Below are positions 17,804 through 25,154 of a stretch of DNA of 38,344 nucleotides, piece after piece. The stretch is from a virus (Duplodnaviria > Caudoviricetes): IMG/VR virus record IMGVR_UViG_3300026306_000003, positions 1 to 38,344 of that record; one strand, 5' to 3'. The translations under genes were made by a program, and so were the position numbers. Below the pieces are notes generated by a model. The model saw only the letters and a list, made by a program, of their open reading frames with translations. It did not search any database and was not told where the DNA came from. The number at the start of each line of letters is the position of its first letter. Position 1 is the first letter of the stretch.

Positions 17804-18556
17804 TTATTTCAATTTTTCTTGATATTTTTTCTTTTTGCTGTTCCATTGCTTAATGTAATGCTTTAGAACTTTGATATTTTGAATGTGTTGTTCCTGCTTT
17901 TCTTTTAAATCTGAAGCAATCTTTGCTTCATAAGCTTCAGGTGTTTGGTATCTTTCTTTTGCTTGATCATTCAGCATTTCAAAAGTTGGTTTGCTTCCAA
18001 ATTTTTCTTCCCACCATGCAAAGAATTCTGTTTCAATATCTGCTTCAGTTTTGGCTTCTTCTTCAGCTAATTTCTTTTCATCCCTTGCAATGATCCGATC
18101 AATTTGTTCAATTTCTTTTTGAATCCTTTGTTCTGCCTTCATTGCTTTTTCAACTGCTTTTACTTCTTCTAAAGCTTCATTTTTAATTTTTGATAGGTTT
18201 GTATCAACTAAATATCTGAAGTGTAGGCATTGGATGTTATAGCCCCCTGCATAAATCATCCGAGTATTGAAGGTGAATATTTTATCTTCTCTTTTGATTC
18301 TTGATTTAATTTCAATTGATCCATCTTTCCCTGTTTTCAATTCAAATGTTCCTACCAATTCATCAGAATTCAGAAGATAATTTCCGGCTGCTTTTACAAG
18401 ATCAATTACTAAAGCAATCCGGTACATTTTTTCATCATAAGCTGTGAATCTTTCTTCAGCTTTCATTGCTGATTCTTTCCGGTTTTCAACCAATTTATTT
18501 AAAAATGGCTCTGCAATTGTTAAAACCTGATTTACAATTTTGTTTGAAGTTTTCAT
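17804..18556 (-). CDS. Hypothetical early protein with coiled-coil C-terminus, 250 aa (start revised to MKTSNK)
   Basis: Single gene between P9 and P8; IYAGGYNIQCLHFRYLV motif. Confidence 0.75.
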   Translation of the reverse strand: MKTSNKIVNQVLTIAEPFLNKLVENRKESAMKAEERFTAYDEKMYRIALVIDLVKAAGNYLLNSDELVGTFELKTGKDGSIEIKSRIKREDKIFTFNTRMIYAGGYNIQCLHFRYLVDTNLSKIKNEALEEVKAVEKAMKAEQRIQKEIEQIDRIIARDEKKLAEEEAKTEADIETEFFAWWEEKFGSKPTFEMLNDQAKERYQTPEAYEAKIASDLKEKQEQHIQNIKVLKHYIKQWNSKKKKYQEKLK

Positions 18557-18598
18557 TGTGGTAGTTGTTATGGTTGTTGTTTTCTTTACTGTTCCTGT

Positions 18599-18655
18599 TT
18601 GATGATGTAAAGGTACAACAATTTTTTCATGATGCAAGCTTTCATCAAAAAAAAA
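18599..18655 (-). promoter_or_regulatory. Repeat promoter P9 (subtype A)
   Basis: TTTTTTTTTGATGAAAGC-TTG-CATCATGAAAAAATTGTTG-TACCTTTA-CATCATCAA. Confidence 0.85.
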
Positions 18656-18657
18656 GC

Positions 18658-18693
18658 AAAAAAAAACCGGATTCTTTTAAGAAATCCGGTTTT
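18658..18693 (-). terminator. Intrinsic terminator
   Basis: AAAACCGGATT/AATCCGGTTTT stem plus T run. Confidence 0.75.
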
Positions 18694-18711
18694 CAATAAG
18701 CAACCTCTAAA

Positions 18712-19434
18712 TTATGCCAGTTCAGGTGTTGTCAATCTTTGCAGCTTTGCTAACTCTTTCTGATATTCATTTCTTTCATGCTCAAAATATAATGTCATAT
18801 AAAAAACATCAGCAGGTACTTTCAGCATTTCACTATAAATCAACGGGTTACCTTCGCATTTAGTTGCTAAAGTAGCAAAGAAGCCAAACTTTGTGAAACG
18901 ATCTAAACCGGCTGCAATTTCATTTTCATCAGGTTCATTGCTGATCAATGGCAGATATTTGGTATAAAATGAATTGATTTGCTCAATGATCTTTAAAACA
19001 GTTGCATAAATCTTTATAATGGATTCATTTTGGAATTCAACTGCTCTTACAAAAGCTAAATTTTCATCATATCTTTCATTTTCATAAATGGCATAAAGAA
19101 ATGGTGCAGCTTCCCACAAAGGATAGAGTTTTAATAATTCATTTGATTTTTCAAGCTGACCAACTGAAGCAAATCCAACATTAAGATTTTCAGCAAAAGC
19201 CGGAAAAACTTCAGGAATATCACTATCAAGAAATGAAACTGCTTCAACCAAAAAATTATAGGATTCTAAAGGAATTGATTTAATTGTTTCCGGCTCTAAA
19301 TCAAGTAATGCAGCAAATAATTCATTCCCTTGTTTTCCTTGCAATTCTGCAAACATTAATACAGAAATATCATTCCATGAAACCGGCAAATCTTTTATGA
19401 ATTCCCCTTTATTAGTATTTAAATGCAGTTTCAT
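18712..19434 (-). CDS. Putative tail assembly chaperone-like protein, 240 aa
   Basis: LPVSWNDIS N-terminus and KFGFFATL...L...FYM.LY.E C-terminus resemble the Bacteroidota phage tail-module chaperone-like family. Confidence 0.45.
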   Translation of the reverse strand: MKLHLNTNKGEFIKDLPVSWNDISVLMFAELQGKQGNELFAALLDLEPETIKSIPLESYNFLVEAVSFLDSDIPEVFPAFAENLNVGFASVGQLEKSNELLKLYPLWEAAPFLYAIYENERYDENLAFVRAVEFQNESIIKIYATVLKIIEQINSFYTKYLPLISNEPDENEIAAGLDRFTKFGFFATLATKCEGNPLIYSEMLKVPADVFYMTLYFEHERNEYQKELAKLQRLTTPELA

Positions 19435-19643
19435 TAATTATCGGAAGGCTTAATATTTACTTTAAATTCAATTCCATAATGCTCTATTAAAAAAGCAGTC
19501 AAAACAGCAACATCATCAGCACTAAAAATAAAGCTTAATACAGCCCCATCATATTTACTTTCAATGTAAAGTTCTTTACTATTATCACTTACTTCAAAGA
19601 TCAATTCAGAAGCATCAGTAAAGAACTTTAATTGATCTTTCAT
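19434..19643 (-). CDS. Hypothetical protein, 69 aa
   Basis: TAATG coupling. Confidence 0.6.
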   Translation of the reverse strand: MKDQLKFFTDASELIFEVSDNSKELYIESKYDGAVLSFIFSADDVAVLTAFLIEHYGIEFKVNIKPSDN

Positions 19644-19648
19644 TTTAA

Positions 19649-19858
19649 TTAGTTTAAACTTAAAAATGAATTTACGATATTATCTATTTCAGTATAATTG
19701 GCAGATAAGTATTCAATATCAAAATCTAAATTTTTAAATCCATGAATATTAAAATAAATTTTGTATGCGTTTTTCAGAAGTTCTTTTTCTTCATAACAAC
19801 ACATACTCAAAATATTTCTTGTCATCAAAACTTGCATTTTTAATGCTTCTTTGCTCAT
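19649..19858 (-). CDS. Hypothetical protein, 69 aa
   Basis: Operon packing. Confidence 0.6.
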   Translation of the reverse strand: MSKEALKMQVLMTRNILSMCCYEEKELLKNAYKIYFNIHGFKNLDFDIEYLSANYTEIDNIVNSFLSLN

Positions 19859-19864
19859 GATTTT

Positions 19865-20080
19865 TTATTTTAAACTCTGTTCAAAATTTGTATCTGCAAA
19901 TTTATGCTTTACTTTCTTAATATTCAAAGATTTTCTAATAAACTTTTTCTTTTTCCCTTTTTTGGGTGCAATAAAATATTGTTTTTGATTTTTAAGATTC
20001 ACCATTAATTTATCAATTAATTCTTCAACCCATTCTATTGATCCTGCAATAACTTCCGGTGTTTGTACCTTGCTTTTCAT
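19865..20080 (-). CDS. Hypothetical basic protein, 71 aa
   Basis: Operon packing; Lys-rich. Confidence 0.6.
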   Translation of the reverse strand: MKSKVQTPEVIAGSIEWVEELIDKLMVNLKNQKQYFIAPKKGKKKKFIRKSLNIKKVKHKFADTNFEQSLK

Positions 20081-20106
20081 GATTTTGATTCATTAAATTA
20101 AGTATT

Positions 20107-20271
20107 TTATTTATTTAATTTAGCCCGTTTTTTTATTTCGGTTTCAATTAAAGCAATTCCATCTGTAAATAATTGGTATCTAAAGTAATACAAATTTGTT
20201 TGCAAATCTTGATCTGAAGCCAAAGGAATTTTCTTTTTTAAATCTTCAATGTAATCTTCATACCTTACCAT
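20107..20271 (-). CDS. Hypothetical protein, 54 aa (not in ORF track)
   Basis: MVRYEDYIEDLKKKIPLASDQDLQTNLYYFRYQLFTDGIALIETEIKKRAKLNK fills the gap and overlaps the upstream stop. Confidence 0.6.
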   Translation of the reverse strand: MVRYEDYIEDLKKKIPLASDQDLQTNLYYFRYQLFTDGIALIETEIKKRAKLNK

Positions 20272-21068
20272 TTCAAATCATTTAAAAGATCACTAATATA
20301 ATTCCTGATAATTTCAGCCTGTCTTTCATTATCATTTAAAACCAATTCATTTAAAAGTTCTTTCAGTTCAGGTAAAGTTAAAGAAGGGAGCAATTTTATT
20401 AATTCCTGATCTGTTCTTTGCTCTTGAAGCTTAATTTTTTCCTTTATGGTAGGCTTTGGAATTGCATCTGTTTCAGGAATTTTTGATAAATTTTCAGATA
20501 ATTTATCAAATTCTTTTTTGATGTGATCCGGCATTGGTATTACTTCAGCAGGATTTTTCTTTTCAATCTGTTTAAAATTTGCAGCTTGATTATATCCCTG
20601 CAATTCCCTTTGCTGCCAAAAAAACTGTTCATCATAAATTTTAAACCATCCTGAAATCACTTCAACATCTAATCGAGCATAATTTTTACCTAATTTTCCT
20701 GTCATTCCCTGACTGAAAATATAAATGAATTCATCAAATTTAAATTTCCAGTATTCTTTTTTAAGATAATTGGCTAAATAATGAATCTGAACCACGCTCA
20801 ATTTTTTATCCTTTGGCAGATTAAACATTTCATTTACAACTGTTAATGCCATTCTAATAGCATTAATCAAATCTTTTTCATTGGTTTTATTCAAACTGCT
20901 GATCTGTGGTGAATTTAAAGCAGTTTGTGGAGTGATATTAGATTGGATTGATAAATATTCACTTGGATCAAATTTTTTGCCAGTAGGAAGCAAAGCATTA
21001 AAGGCATCAGATTTTATTGCCTGAATAGATAAACCTTGATTTGTTTTTTGTAGTCCTGAATTATTCAT
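20265..21068 (-). CDS. Replication-associated protein (DUF6633-like, putative helicase-loader analogue)
   Basis: QI..LA......YW.FK.DEF...F.....GK.GK.Y.RLD...I..WF..Y pattern; directly downstream of the initiator. Confidence 0.5.
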   Translation of the reverse strand: MNNSGLQKTNQGLSIQAIKSDAFNALLPTGKKFDPSEYLSIQSNITPQTALNSPQISSLNKTNEKDLINAIRMALTVVNEMFNLPKDKKLSVVQIHYLANYLKKEYWKFKFDEFIYIFSQGMTGKLGKNYARLDVEVISGWFKIYDEQFFWQQRELQGYNQAANFKQIEKKNPAEVIPMPDHIKKEFDKLSENLSKIPETDAIPKPTIKEKIKLQEQRTDQELIKLLPSLTLPELKELLNELVLNDNERQAEIIRNYISDLLNDLKW

Positions 21069-22293
21069 TATTTAAACTTTCAAAAACTGCTTGCATTCTT
21101 TCTAAACTTTCCCTTCCCATTTCACAGCTACTTTCAAAACCGGCTTTTAAATTATCATTGAAATCATTGCTTTTTACAATTGTATTTTGATGATCTTTTA
21201 ATTCAAATAAACCTTTCCAACCATTATTGATTGAACGGTGAATGATTTTTATTGCAACTTCTTCTGATTCTTTTGAATATTTAGCTAAATCATTCAAAGC
21301 TTGTTGCTGTCCTCTTACAGTTTGGTAATTGTTTCTGATTTTTTTCTTAAAATCAATCCATTCCTCCCACGCCAAAGCAAATTCATCAGAATCAAAAGGT
21401 AAGATCACAATATAATTGCCTTGTAAAGCAACTATTCTTTGCCGTAGCTTCTTTTTCTCCGGTTCTTCAGTAGTTTCCTTCAGTTGGGCTTTAAGTTCGT
21501 TTATATCGAATGTTACACGGTCGTTTATTTCTTCTGCTGATAAAACCTGTGTTGCAGCCCCCCCCTGTGCAATTTTTTTTGTTTGGCTTGCAGGATCGAA
21601 ATTTTTACCGGCTTCAATTTCAGCTAAAATTTTATTTTCAATTTCTTCAGCAACTTGAAAATCAATTTCAGAAACCGTTTCTTCATCTTCATTTTTTGAA
21701 ACAGGAAAATCTATTTCCAAAGTAGAAGAAGGCGAAGCCATTTTTTTTCCTTCTTCTTCTTTTTTAAAAGTTTCATTGTTTAAAGGTTTTAAACTATTAG
21801 TGTTTAATGGTTTATTTATGTTGCACGTGCATTCGCTGTTTTTGATAGGGCAATTGCATTTGCTATTGCAAGTGCTTTCTATGTTTTTGATAGGGCAAAT
21901 TTCTGCTTCATCATTTGCTTCATCATTTTTTGATAGGGCAATTTCAGGTGCTTTATCAATAATTGATATAGCTTTATCAAGTGCTTTTACTTTTGCTCTA
22001 TCAATTATTGATAGGGCAATTACAGAACTTGTATATTGATTTATTGATTTTCGTTTCATTTCTACAAAACCAAATTCAATTAATTCATCAAAAGCTTTCT
22101 TATAAGTATTATAAGAAGCTATGCTGCAAGCTGCCATACATTGTGTAGCAGGACTTGAAAACTCTGTAACCCAACCCAACCTATTATTTAATTCAACCAA
22201 CCATAAATAAATAATGCCATGAATAGGTTTAGTTTTGGCAGGATTTTCAAAAACAAAATCAAACCATTGTCGGGTTAAAGTATAGCCATCCAT
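21061..22293 (-). CDS. Phage replication initiator (lambda O analogue)
   Basis: MDGYTLTRQWFDF N-terminal winged helix, central DNA repeats, C-terminal AWEEW..FKK...SINNGWKGLF. Confidence 0.75.
   Translation of the reverse strand: MDGYTLTRQWFDFVFENPAKTKPIHGIIYLWLVELNNRLGWVTEFSSPATQCMAACSIASYNTYKKAFDELIEFGFVEMKRKSINQYTSSVIALSIIDRAKVKALDKAISIIDKAPEIALSKNDEANDEAEICPIKNIESTCNSKCNCPIKNSECTCNINKPLNTNSLKPLNNETFKKEEEGKKMASPSSTLEIDFPVSKNEDEETVSEIDFQVAEEIENKILAEIEAGKNFDPASQTKKIAQGGAATQVLSAEEINDRVTFDINELKAQLKETTEEPEKKKLRQRIVALQGNYIVILPFDSDEFALAWEEWIDFKKKIRNNYQTVRGQQQALNDLAKYSKESEEVAIKIIHRSINNGWKGLFELKDHQNTIVKSNDFNDNLKAGFESSCEMGRESLERMQAVFESLNNE
21842..22019. repeat. Iteron-like repeats TTGATAGGGCAA x4 (putative origin)
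   Basis: Exact copies at 21842, 21887, 21930 and 22008, plus inverted partial copies (GCTYTATCAA) between them. Confidence 0.75.
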
Positions 22294-22340
22294 AAATTTA
22301 TATTAAGATCATTTTAATAATTTATTTACTTACTTTTTTA

Positions 22341-22372
22341 TATCTTTGTGTAATAAATCAATACCAAAGTTA
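22341..22372. promoter_or_regulatory. Face-to-face -7 boxes: TATCTTTG (+, 22341-22348) and TAACTTTG (-, 22365-22372)
   Basis: Both are perfect TAnnTTTG matches between the divergent rep and RHH genes. Confidence 0.7.
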
Positions 22373-22395
22373 CCACATTATTTAATATTAAAAAA

Positions 22396-22581
22396 ATGGC
22401 AACAAATAAAGTAAACAAAAGAAGAACTTCATTTGCTCTTTCCCCTAATGCTTTAGACCTTCTGAAAGCCTATTCTGAAATAAAAGGAATCAGTATGGCT
22501 TCCAGTCTTGAAATGTTCATCAGGGAAAAGGCTGCTATTGTTCAAAATACGCAAATGTGCTTACCCTATAGAGCATCTTAA
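22396..22581 (+). CDS. Ribbon-helix-helix (CopG/Arc-like) regulator
   Basis: KRRTSFALSPNALDLLKAYSEIKGISMASSLEMFIRE. Confidence 0.7.
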   Translation: MATNKVNKRRTSFALSPNALDLLKAYSEIKGISMASSLEMFIREKAAIVQNTQMCLPYRAS

Positions 22582-22594
22582 ATTCAATCCATTT

Positions 22595-22633
22595 AAAAAA
22601 AACCGGCTTCCATTACCTGAAGCCGGTTTTTTT
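22595..22633. terminator. Bidirectional intrinsic terminator
   Basis: A8-CCGGCTTC-loop-GAAGCCGG-T7 between the convergent RHH and ERF genes. Confidence 0.85.
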
Positions 22634-22637
22634 ATGC

Positions 22638-23444
22638 TCAAAATGGCGGTTCTTCTTCTTTTGGCTGTTCCTGTGATTGGCTTTCCCGATCTGCAATCAC
22701 GCTTTTCAATGATTCAATAGCTTGAATTGCTCTTTCTGAAGTTAGTTTATTGATATTCAGAAGCATTTTAGTTTTTTCCTGTCTTGTGATCAGCAAATGA
22801 TTCAAAAGCCGGATCATTTCCTCTTTCTGAAGGCTTGTAATTGAATTTGCAACTGCTGTTTCAATCTGTTCTTCAAATTCTGAAGGTGTTTCAGTTCTTA
22901 CAGCTTGCATTTGTGCCGGTGCTACTGCATTAGGTCGGGCAATATTGGCTATTGGTTCTTGCTTTGGCTGTTGTTGCTGCTGTGGCTGTTGTTTAGCCCC
23001 TCCCCTATCGGCATTATCAATATCATCTTCATCTGTAGCAATGTGAAAATATTTCAAAAGGAAATATCTTTCTGCATAAGTCAATGCTGATCCAACTCCT
23101 TTATCCCAACTGTTTTGCCCATTCGCGCCAAACAAATTTTCATCTTTTTCACCCGTTTCACAGTCTACCCATGTGAAACGCATCATTACTTTTGAATTCA
23201 TTTCAGAAACTACATTGCTTTTTCCTGCATAATCCTGCCTTGTGTTTTCAATTGAAATGATTTCTTGTTTTAGAAGCAATCCATGCTCGTTCATTAATGG
23301 CTTGATGTGTTCCAGTACTTTATCCCCCGTTACATAGGAATAATTAAAGCTTTTTTTATCCTTTGCAAGTCCAACAATAGCTTTTTGTATACAAAGAAGT
23401 TTCTGATAAATGTTTAATCCGGTTGCTGATTCTGATTTCTTCAT
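22638..23444 (-). CDS. erf: ERF-family single-strand annealing protein
   Basis: NIYQKL..IQ, KPLMNEHGL, DKGVGSALTYAERYFL...F.I.T.EDDID. Confidence 0.9.
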   Translation of the reverse strand: MKKSESATGLNIYQKLLCIQKAIVGLAKDKKSFNYSYVTGDKVLEHIKPLMNEHGLLLKQEIISIENTRQDYAGKSNVVSEMNSKVMMRFTWVDCETGEKDENLFGANGQNSWDKGVGSALTYAERYFLLKYFHIATDEDDIDNADRGGAKQQPQQQQQPKQEPIANIARPNAVAPAQMQAVRTETPSEFEEQIETAVANSITSLQKEEMIRLLNHLLITRQEKTKMLLNINKLTSERAIQAIESLKSVIADRESQSQEQPKEEEPPF

Positions 23445-23474
23445 TTCAATTCATTTTTATTTTTAGAGTTGGTT

Positions 23475-23555
23475 TTAGTTTTGCGCTTGAATCTTGATTT
23501 GCTTGATTATATCCGGCAATTTCCCGATTAAGCGAATAGTTGGAACAGGTTGCAT
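23475..23555 (-). CDS. Possible 26-aa peptide
   Basis: MQPVPTIRLIGKLPDIIKQIKIQAQN after an ACAACAAACT leader; fills the gap. Confidence 0.35.
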   Translation of the reverse strand: MQPVPTIRLIGKLPDIIKQIKIQAQN

Positions 23556-23565
23556 AGTTTGTTGT

Positions 23566-23763
23566 TTATATCCGTTGTTTAGCCCGTAGGTTTAATTGGT
23601 TTTCCCGTTCTTCAATTGCTTCATGTAAAATTTTATCTGCTTTTTTCATTTCATCAAGCATATCAGCTAAAATTTCAATTCTAAGCAGATTCAGATTTTT
23701 TTTATTAGTCAAATCTTCTATTTCCCCTGAAATAGTTTGTGCTGATTTTTCGTGTAAACTCAT
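23566..23763 (-). CDS. Hypothetical coiled-coil protein, 65 aa
   Basis: Operon packing. Confidence 0.6.
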   Translation of the reverse strand: MSLHEKSAQTISGEIEDLTNKKNLNLLRIEILADMLDEMKKADKILHEAIEERENQLNLRAKQRI

Positions 23764-23772
23764 GATGAAGGA

Positions 23773-24003
23773 TTAAATTATGTGGTGTTTCTCTTTCAGA
23801 TAGGCAATTCTTGCTTTTGCTCTTACAGGATCAGTTTGCATTGCCAGTTCTTCAATTGCCCACCATATTTTTTTGCTCTTGATATTTTCATCATTCACGC
23901 AATTAGATATGTTTGGTCGGGTGCAGCCTGTCATTTTGTGGATGGTAGGTAAAAAGCCATTTGGCATTAATTGCCGGATCGGTGTTGTTTCTTCGTTACT
24001 CAT
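23773..24003 (-). CDS. Cro-like HTH regulator
   Basis: LMPNGFLPTIHKMTGCTRPNISN; first gene of the early operon. Confidence 0.55.
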   Translation of the reverse strand: MSNEETTPIRQLMPNGFLPTIHKMTGCTRPNISNCVNDENIKSKKIWWAIEELAMQTDPVRAKARIAYLKEKHHII

Positions 24004-24050
24004 GTACTTTGTTATAGTTGTTCTTATTTCCTTATGTGGTAATGATGAAA

Positions 24051-24085
24051 CAAAGATACGATAATAATAATAATAGGGTTACAAA
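24051..24085 (-). promoter_or_regulatory. Early operon promoter
   Basis: TTTG-N23-TATCTTTG with (TAT)5 in the spacer. Confidence 0.7.
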
Positions 24086-24115
24086 AACTTCAACTTTTTT
24101 TTTCTGAATTTTTAA

Positions 24116-24161
24116 CGGTAGGGGAGGGGATGCAGTTTTTGCCGGTTCGGTAGGGGAGGGG
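24116..24161. repeat. 14-bp direct repeat CGGTAGGGGAGGGG x2
   Basis: Copies at 24116-24129 and 24148-24161. Confidence 0.9.
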
Positions 24162-24162
24162 T

Positions 24163-24199
24163 AAAAAAAAAAGTAACCGATTGCAATCGGTTACTTTTT
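24163..24199. terminator. Strong intrinsic terminator ending the lysis/late region
   Basis: Perfect palindrome AAAAAGTAACCGATTGCAATCGGTTACTTTTT, with T10 on the minus strand. Confidence 0.85.
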
Positions 24200-24256
24200 A
24201 AGCCACAAAAAAACCGGCTCAAAAAACCGGCTCTTTCAACTCTAAATAAAAATGAT
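24163..24256 (-). ncRNA. Candidate small RNA (~90 nt)
   Basis: TACTTTTG -7 box at 24260-24267, no minus-strand ORF, terminator at 24163-24199; 5' end complementary to early-gene leaders. Confidence 0.35.
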
Positions 24257-24312
24257 TCACAAAAGTAAGCCTTCAGGATTGAAGGAAAAAATCTATTTGG
24301 AATGAATCCATT

Positions 24313-24573
24313 TTAAATATCATCAATGCTTCTTCTGATCAGGAAGTGATTCAAGCTTTCATAGTTCAAAGAATCCATCAGGAACTTCATATTTTTTTCT
24401 GTCTTGATCCTGATTGAATCTGAATGCTGTTTTTCCTGCTGAAGCTTTATCATTTCCGGCTTGCATTGTTTCTTGCCTGTATGCACTCCTAAATAATAAG
24501 CCATTGTTGCAAAAACAGCAACCAAAAAAATAACCATTATAAAAATTCGCGGTTGATTTTCAGTTCCTTCCAT
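24313..24573 (-). CDS. Membrane-anchored coiled protein (possible i-spanin), likely start MEGTEN
   Basis: One N-terminal TM segment followed by a helical domain; last gene of the lysis region. Confidence 0.45.
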   Translation of the reverse strand: MEGTENQPRIFIMVIFLVAVFATMAYYLGVHTGKKQCKPEMIKLQQEKQHSDSIRIKTEKNMKFLMDSLNYESLNHFLIRRSIDDI

Positions 24574-24629
24574 AGTTATATCAGTTATTATTTTAGTCCT
24601 ATAAATTACATTATGATAAACAGAATCAT

Positions 24630-25154
24630 TTACCTGATCTTTATGATCCATTCCCCAAAAACCAGTTCAAAGAATATCCATGCAACTAACGCTGCCCCTG
24701 CTAATACTAAAAACCAAAAATGATAGAATCTATTGAAATCCTGTGGCGTTTTATGAAAATTGTATGCCCACTTCCTAATTTTCCTGTCAAATCGTTTTGC
24801 ATCCTTTGAACTTGAAACATACCAACTATGCAATCCCCTTGCTTCATTTAGCTTTCTTGTATAGTTAAAGCCAAAAGCAGCAGGAAAATAAACGAAATAG
24901 AATAAAGCAAACCACCTATGAAAACCGGCAAAGTAAAACAAGCCGGTTGAAATCACCACCACAAAAAAGATTGCTGTAATGGATCGTTTTATTAGATCAA
25001 AACCATGCAAAGGATTTACATTTGGGTTTCTTGATCCGAGAAATGCAAATTTTACTGCATCATGTTTTGCTTCAAACTCTCCAAAGTAATAAGGAAAATA
25101 AAATCCAAACCCTATCAGCATACAGGAAACCAATATTTTTATAAATGGATTCAT
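24630..25154 (-). CDS. Multi-pass membrane protein, 174 aa
   Basis: About 4 hydrophobic, Phe-rich segments. Confidence 0.65.
   Translation of the reverse strand: MNPFIKILVSCMLIGFGFYFPYYFGEFEAKHDAVKFAFLGSRNPNVNPLHGFDLIKRSITAIFFVVVISTGLFYFAGFHRWFALFYFVYFPAAFGFNYTRKLNEARGLHSWYVSSSKDAKRFDRKIRKWAYNFHKTPQDFNRFYHFWFLVLAGAALVAWIFFELVFGEWIIKIR

Noticed and set aside
13493-18637. N-terminal extensions such as VVPLHHQ or LYLYII shared by several ORFs
   Set aside because: They are translations of the promoter repeat, not protein motifs; starts were revised.
8898-18655. Repeats as integron attC sites
   Set aside because: No long imperfect palindrome with R/L boxes and no integron integrase.
22960-22995. 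Gln-rich CAA/CAG stretch in erf
   Set aside because: Ordinary low-complexity linker in the ERF C-terminal region.
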